This document shows positions 51,473 through 64,000 of a stretch of 64,000 nucleotides of DNA, piece after piece. The notes below the pieces were generated by a model. It saw nothing but the letters and a program-made list of their open reading frames with translations. It searched no databases and was not told where the DNA came from. Source of the stretch: the human T2T-CHM13v2.0 reference genome, Homo sapiens. Within the stretch, counting starts at the first letter, position 1. Every line of letters starts with the position of its first letter. The stretch lies in NCBI RefSeq assembly GCF_009914755.1, contig NC_060936.1. One strand, written 5' to 3'. The position numbers were made by a program, and so were the translations under genes.

Positions 51473-52528
51473 AGTGGCTAGGGATTAGGAGGCGAAGGCG
51501 ACAGGAGCAGACACCGGGTCCCGGTTACCGTCCCCGACAAGCTAAGAGTCGAGGTAAGTAACGCACTAGGGCGGGGCCGGCGCTGGAGCCTCTTAAGTAG
51601 CGGCTGCGGAGGGGCGGGCGGGCACAGGCGGTGCCGCGGTCGCTGGCCCCTCCTCCGGCCCCGCGCGCCCACTCCGCGCCCGGCCTGGCCGCCGCAGAGG
51701 CGGGCTCCGAGCCCCGAGCCCCCTCCCCTCGCGCGGCCGCGGGGTGGGGTCTGCCGCGCCTGCGGGCAACGCGCGCCAGTACTGCAGTGTGCGGCGCATG
51801 GCTGCGAGGGCCTGCCGAGGGGCGGGCGCGAGTCGGAAAGACACCGACCAGGGAATGGGCGACGAGGCTTGCCTTAATTCGGAGGAAACCCAGGACTTGA
51901 GAGAGCCATACAATTTGAAAGACGAAGCACCGTGAAATGCAGAAAGTTGTGGTTCGGATAGCTCAGCTGATTAATTTCATGTTGCCACAGTTTGTCAGTG
52001 AGTTTTGCCTTTTTATTTTCTCAGTTCCTTTAAAGGCAGTGCATTCGGTACTTACCTGATAATGTGAAAAACGCGAGCTTTAGAAAACCGAATAGGTGTA
52101 CATGGTTTACTGTAATGACTTGTTCTCCAAAGTAAGAGTACCAAACGCTGGAAGCAAATAGTATTTCAGTCATTCGAAGAGTAGTGCCCAAGCATTTAAC
52201 ATTGAAGCTGTTAAAAGGGCAAAGTAGGCCCCAATTTTAGATCTAAGCCATCAACTTTATGGAACAGTCCTAAGGGCTTTTTGAAAAGGAGATTTAAAAA
52301 CACATTTCAGAGGTGGTAGCTGAGTTGAAGAAGTGAGGAAAGACTTGGATAGGGAGGAAATAGTTTGACACTGAAGGATGTTAGGAAGTAGGGATTCCTT
52401 GTGCAACTTAAGAGTTTTGTAAATAAGACGGCTTGGCCTTGTGTCAAGATACATCAATTGGTTATAGCTTAGTGCTTGGAGGCCCACATTATAGGAGTAG
52501 ACTAGTTCTCCCTCCGCCCCGCCCCTGG

Positions 52529-53391
52529 AAAATCTATTTCAAGACCATAAACCACATTGCTAATCCTTGGAAATGCAGAAGGTGGTTAGGTTTAAAATGT
52601 GGCTTTAAAATGGTCCTAACAGAAACGTATTGATGTTACTATTCAGAATATCTGCCCAGTATACGAGGAAGAAAAAGGTTAAACCTAAAACACTAAAAAT
52701 TCATAGTTCATATTCAGTTATTAGCCTATGAAGATTTGGTACAGCCTTCATCCTTCATTTTAGACAAATAACAAATCTATATGGTTTATAAGTGTATTTT
52801 GTAAGGAGTTATATATATCTATATATGTGTGTCTCCACCCATCTGAACCTGACCTGCAAACCAAGAGGTTCTTGTTTATTTCCGATAGTTTTGGTAGTCT
52901 TGTTAAAGGCATTTGATTCAAAATCCAAATTTGCATACATTTTTCCAACTGGATAGAGGAGGCAGGAATATATTTGAATATTGTTCTCACTTATTTTGTC
53001 CCTCTTCTTATTCTTTAAAAAAAAATTAAGCCTGTCAATTTTAGCAGTGGGGGTTGCATATCAATTTTAGTGATACTAATGTTAATAAGTTCTGATAACC
53101 CACTACCATTGGACCACCCCCACTCTTATTCCTAAAACGAATCTGAAAATAATTAGCTTGCTTTAACGGGAAGAATGAATGTTAGGGAACCACCCTGCTG
53201 AACTCCATTTTGCTGTCGGCTCTGAATAAAGCTATTTTATCCAGAAAAGCTATCTCTGGACAAATATTTTGAATAGTTCAGTAACCGCAATAGGTTTCTG
53301 CTAGAACCATTTTGAAGCCACCCTTTAACCCTAACCACCTTATGTATTTCCAAGGATTGGCGATGTAGTTTATGGTTTTGGGATAGATTTT
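52529..53391. repeat. Diverged inverted repeat pair, 52529-52640 and 53280-53391
   Basis: Hand alignment without gaps, 95/112 identical. Confidence 0.92.
53028..53119 (-). pseudogene. Y RNA (RNY4-derived) processed pseudogene
   Basis: Minus strand reads GGGTGGTCCAATGGTAGTGGGTTATCAGAACTTATTAACATTAGTATCACTAAAATTGATATGCAACCCCCACTGCTAAAATTGACAGGCTT, colinear with human Y4 RNA; degenerate flanking repeat GAATAAGA. Confidence 0.93.
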
Positions 53392-53864
53392 TCTGGGGGA
53401 GGGGAGAACCTCCCTTCTAGCTCTCTGCAGATTATCAGAGCCGCCACTGCAGGGATTTGCTCCCGTGGGCCTATATGTCTCCCCAGATACCTTCCTAAAA
53501 CTATTAGCTTTTATCTGTCTGTGTATTCCCCTGTTGTGAATGGGGAAGTATTTGAGGGCTTGTTTTTTTAGGTTCTTGATAATAAATACCTCAGGTTTCA
53601 CAGAGTAATCAAACTAAAAGAAAACTTCTTTTTTATTTCATTTTATTTTTTTGACCGAAACTCCATCTCCAAAAAAAAAAAAGGGTATATTGTTATGTGA
53701 TATTGGGACATCCGAACATTTTGTTGTCATAGGAGTTTGTCCTTGCCAGCATTAATAAACTGCTTCCTTAGCTGTAAACATCTTATGACCATGGGTTGTA
53801 TCTGGTAAGGAATAGGCTTTGCTAGTCTAAATTTAGAATTGATTTTGAAATTGTGTTATCCTAG

Positions 53865-54201
<337 letters not shown>

Positions 54202-54438
54202 TAATACCTCCTTTACTCTTCTCCTCTACTACTCTAATCTTAAGGGGAGATGAAGGGTGAAGGTCATTTTTTGTAACTTCTTCCTGCTGACAGTGGACGT
54301 TGATCTTTGGGACAGGATTCTCTTATAAGAATTTGCAGTTGGTGGGCTGGGCACGGTGGCTCATGCCTGTAATCCCAGCACTCTGGGAGGCTGAGGCAGG
54401 CGGATCACGAAGTCAGGAGATCGAGACCATCCTGGCTA

Positions 54439-55265
<827 letters not shown>

Positions 55266-55332
55266 TGATCCGCACACCTGGCGATGTTCTGATGATTCAA
55301 TGGGCATAGCCCTGCCCAGTATTGGAGGAGTA

Positions 55333-55389
55333 AAAAAAAAAAAAATATATATATATATTTATATATATATTTATTTTTATATTATATAT

Positions 55390-55445
<56 letters not shown>

Positions 55446-55450
55446 TTTTT
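55333..55450 (+). repeat. A/(TA)n/T low-complexity tract
   Basis: Direct read. Confidence 0.9.
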
Positions 55451-55610
55451 GTAGAGATGGGGTTTTTCCATGTTGCCCAGGCTGGTCTCAAACTCCTGGA
55501 CTCATGTAATCTGCCTGCCTCGGCCTCCCAAAGTGCTGGGATTACAGGCATGAGCCACCACACCCAACTGTAACACATTTTTATGCCAGAATAATATTGA
55601 ATAATGATAA

Positions 55611-55892
<282 letters not shown>

Positions 55893-55989
55893 TGATTTGC
55901 CCGCCTCGGCCTCCCAAAGTGCTAGGATTACAGGCATGAGCCACCATGCCCAGCCTGCCTCCTCTTTAGTACCTGACAGGAAAGTCTGA

Positions 55990-57805
<1,816 letters not shown>

Positions 57806-58219
57806 TGAGTCTTTGGTGTAGTGGGAAACCCTGTGATGCAATTAGAGTTATTCTCATTTTTGCTACATAGTATCATGGCCATTTGCTACTGTTCTAAGCA
57901 GTGGGTAACTGTTTTTGATAGTTTCCATATTGTGGTTTAGACACAGAAATTTACAAAATATTTTGTTCATTTCACTAGCTCTACAAGTAAAAACAAAATA
58001 ACAAATGGCAACAATTTACCAAGTGTTAACTATTTATAAATATTTGAACTTCATTCTTATTTATCCCAATATTATAAATTTACATCTGCTTTTCCACAGA
58101 TAGATGGTACTGGGGAAAGAAAATTGACTTTGGGCTGGGTGCAGTGGCTCAGGCCTATAATCACAGCACTTTGGGAGGCCGAGGCGGGTGGATCACTTGA
58201 GGCCAGTAGTTAGAGATCA

Positions 58220-58405
<186 letters not shown>

Positions 58406-58775
58406 CTATCTCAAAAAAAAAAAAAAAAAAAAACCAAAAAAAAAAGGGAAAAAAATAGAAAATTGACTTCGGTGGTGTCAGATAGGACTAGATTCAATTC
58501 TAGCTTTGTCAGTTAATAGTGGTATGACCTTAGACCCTTAATTATCTTTCTCAAGCTTCATTTATGAATGGGAATCAGTGTTAACTTGGAATCACCTTTT
58601 TCTCATACATTCAGTCCCATTAGTTCATGTTGTCAATTTACTTTCAAAATATGCCCACTACTTTTTATCACACCACTCTTATTTCACAGCTCTTACAGAA
58701 TCTGAAATTACCTTGTTTGTACATTTATTTACTTGTTTAAAGTTTCTTCTTTTATGTAAACTCCATGTCTCTTTT

Positions 58776-59345
58776 TGTGGAAGTCAGTCTTGGTTGCCCT
58801 TCCAAAAACTACCTTCTTCCATTCCTCCTTGCTAAGACAGCCTCCTTTATCTGCCACTGTTTAAAGGGTATTTGTGTGCTCAGTCCCCGGGGACAAATAA
58901 ATGCAACCTTGTTTCCCTTTGCCAGATACTTGCTTTTTCAGTTTCCTTCATGATTGGACCTGATTCTGACCAATGGGACATAAAGAGGCAAGTCAGCTGA
59001 GGACTTTCTGGGAATGATTTTCTTCTCTGATAAAAAGAGATTACCCCGTTGAGGAAGTCCCTTTTGTTTCACCCCTCTCCCTTTGCTTTCTGCCTTTGGA
59101 AATGTTCTTTGAAGATATGATGCCTAGAGCCAACTTCAGTCCTTGAGGGTCTAATGCAAAGAGAATCATAAAGATGCCAGTTCAGTGCAGTGGTCTGATA
59201 TTGTGAAGCTATCGACCTAACCTTAAAACCAACCTATCTCCACATTTATTAATTAAATAATAAATTAAAGAAACTAAATAAATATTAATGAATAAAGGAA
59301 ACAGTAAATGTCCTTATAATGTAAGCCAATGCAAGCAGGCTTTAT
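58776..59345 (+). mobile_element. ERVL-class LTR fossil (LTR33-like)
   Basis: TTCTGACCAATGGGAC..GACTTTCTGGGAA..CTGATAAAAAG..GATGCCTAGAGC pattern. Confidence 0.5.
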
Positions 59346-59473
59346 CCCTAGAGACAAGAACAATACCTGGCACATAGTAGGTGCTTAATATGTAATTTTT
59401 GTTTAATATTGAACCTTGTGATTGATTGGATATGGGTTGTGAGGTAAAGTAAGGAATGGAGGTTATTTTGTAG

Positions 59474-59818
<345 letters not shown>

Positions 59819-60080
59819 TAAATAACCGCGTGAATCGTGGTGCTTTTCACTGAGATCAAAATATTGAAGAAAGAAGTGGGCGGGAAGTAAGAAAAGGTCA
59901 GTTTTTAACACATTTTGAGGTTTAAGTGTCGGTAGTACATATGCTTAGAGATGTCCATTAGGCAGACATACTTGCAGATATGGAGAGGGGAGAGAGAGAC
60001 AGATTTTGAACCTTCAGTATTAAAATGGTAATTAAACTACGGGAATGGTAAGACCTCTCAGGGGGAATGTGTAGAGCTAG

Positions 60081-60287
<207 letters not shown>

Positions 60288-61677
60288 TAGACAAGGTTTC
60301 ACCATGTTGGCCAGGCTGGTCTGGAACTCCTGACCTCATGATCCACCCGCCTTGGCCTCCCAAAGTGCTGGGATTACAGGCGTGAGCCACCGTTCCCGGC
60401 TGAACGTGGTGGTATTAATAGAGAACCCTGAAGTAGATAGAGAACCTGGCCTTAGTAAGGAATTGAAAGAATGATCACATTTAAAGTGGAGAAAATGAGC
60501 TTATAAAAGGAGTCTGGGGCTGGGCACAGTGGCTCACGCCTGTAATTGCAGCACTTTGGGAGCCCAAGGCAGGCGGATCACCTGAGGTCAGGAGATCGAG
60601 ACCAGCCTGAGCAACATGGAGAAACCCCATCTCTACTAAAAATACAAAATTAGCCGGGCATGGTGGCGCATGCTTGTAATCCCAGCTACTTGGGAGGCTG
60701 AGACAGGAGAAGCACTTGAACCCAGGAGGCTGAGGTTGCGCCATTGCACTCCAGCCTGGGCAACAACAGTGAGACTCCATCTCAAAAAAAAAAAAAAAAA
60801 AGTGGCTGGGCATGGTGGCTCATGCCTGTAATCCCAGCACTTTGGAAGGCCGAGACAGGTGGATCGCAAGATCAGGAGATCAAGACCATCCTGACCAACA
60901 TGTGAAACCCCGTCTCTACTAAAAAAATACAAAAATTAGCCAGGCATGGTGGCGTGCACTTGTAGTCCCTGCTACTCAGGAGGCTGAGTCAGGAGAATTG
61001 CTTGAACCCAGGAGGCGGAGGTTGCAGTGAACCGAGATTGTGCCACTGCACTCCAGCCTGGGTAACAGAGCGAGACTGTCTCAAAAAAAAAAAAAAAAAA
61101 AAAAAATGGAGTCTGAGCCGGTCGCAATAATCCTAGCACTTTGGGAGGCCAAGGCAGGTGGATCACCTGAGGTCAGGAGTTCAAGACCAGCCTGGCCAAC
61201 ATGCTGAAACCCCATCTCTACTAAAGCTGGGCATGATGGCAGGTGCCTGTAATCCCAGCTACTCAAGAGGCTGAGACTGAAGAATCACTTGAACCTGGGA
61301 GACAGTGGTTGCAGTGACCTGAGATCGCACCACTGCACTCCAGCCTGGGCGGCTAAGCGAGACTCCGTTTCAAAAATAAATAAACAAATAAACAAAAGGA
61401 GTCTGAGAAAGAATGATCAAAGAGGAAGAACTGGGGGTTTTACGATCCAAGTAAAGAGTTTCAAGCGAGTACAGTGTCAAATGCTGCAGTGTCAAATCCT
61501 GCAGGTTAAATAGGGTAAAGACTAGAAAGTGTCCATTGTATTAAATATAGAGAAAACAGTATGGTGTCTATTTTTATTTATTTACTTATTGGACAAGTAT
61601 TGAGAGCTTACCATGGCAGGTACTCCTTATAAGTGCTGGGTTGATATAACAGTGAATAAAATAAGTCTTGCTGGAGT

Positions 61678-63787
<2,110 letters not shown>

Positions 63788-63906
63788 TAACATGTGGGCC
63801 AGGCTGGTCCTGAACTCCTGACCTCAAGTGATCCACCTGCCTCAGCCTACTAAAGTGCTGGGATTACAGGCATGAGCCACCACACCCAGCCTTTTATTTC
63901 TTTTTT

Positions 63907-64000
63907 ATTACTTTTTTGTAGAGATGAAGCCTCGCTATGTTGCCCAGATTGGCGTGCAGTGGCTATTCACAGATGTGATAATCATATACTGCAGCCTTGA
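63907..64000 (-). mobile_element. FAM (fossil Alu monomer), truncated by window end
   Basis: GTGCAGTGGCTATTCACAG is a 7SL/FAM segment absent from dimeric Alus. Confidence 0.65.

Noticed and set aside
53028-53119. Functional Y4 RNA gene
   Set aside because: It has several substitutions including the 5' stem, retrocopy-like flanks and no evident upstream type-3 Pol III promoter, so it is called a pseudogene.

Overview
Human (or close great-ape) genomic DNA matching the chr12q13.12 DHH-LMBR1L-TUBA1B segment, very Alu-dense. It holds three complete minus-strand genes, which I spliced by hand. DHH has 3 coding exons and 1191 nt of CDS (396 aa). LMBR1L has 17 coding exons and 1470 nt (489 aa), and its intron 13 is a U12-type minor-spliceosome intron. 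TUBA1B has 4 exons and 1356 nt (451 aa). Other elements are CpG-island promoters, an RNY4-derived Y-RNA pseudogene, two HERV-K solo LTRs (LTR5A-like and MER9a-like), MLT1A, LTR33-like, MER1B, MER2, MER102, L1 fragments, microsatellites and roughly a hundred Alus. Almost all long ORFs in the supplied track outside these exons are Alu-derived or antisense shadows. I see no wholly new protein-coding system. The best candidates for undescribed features are: a gap-free non-Alu 112-bp inverted duplication bracketing the Y-RNA pseudogene upstream of TUBA1B; a 143-bp direct duplication downstream of DHH; an overlapping 45-codon uORF in LMBR1L; a stop-free in-frame 96-nt LMBR1L intron; a 58-aa basic ORF from the TUBA1B ATG into intron 1; a MER9 LTR lacking a poly(A) signal and pointing at LMBR1L; and convergent CTCF-like motifs around the LMBR1L-DHH block, the paralogue of LMBR1-SHH. 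Repeat family names come from remembered consensus sequences, not a database search.
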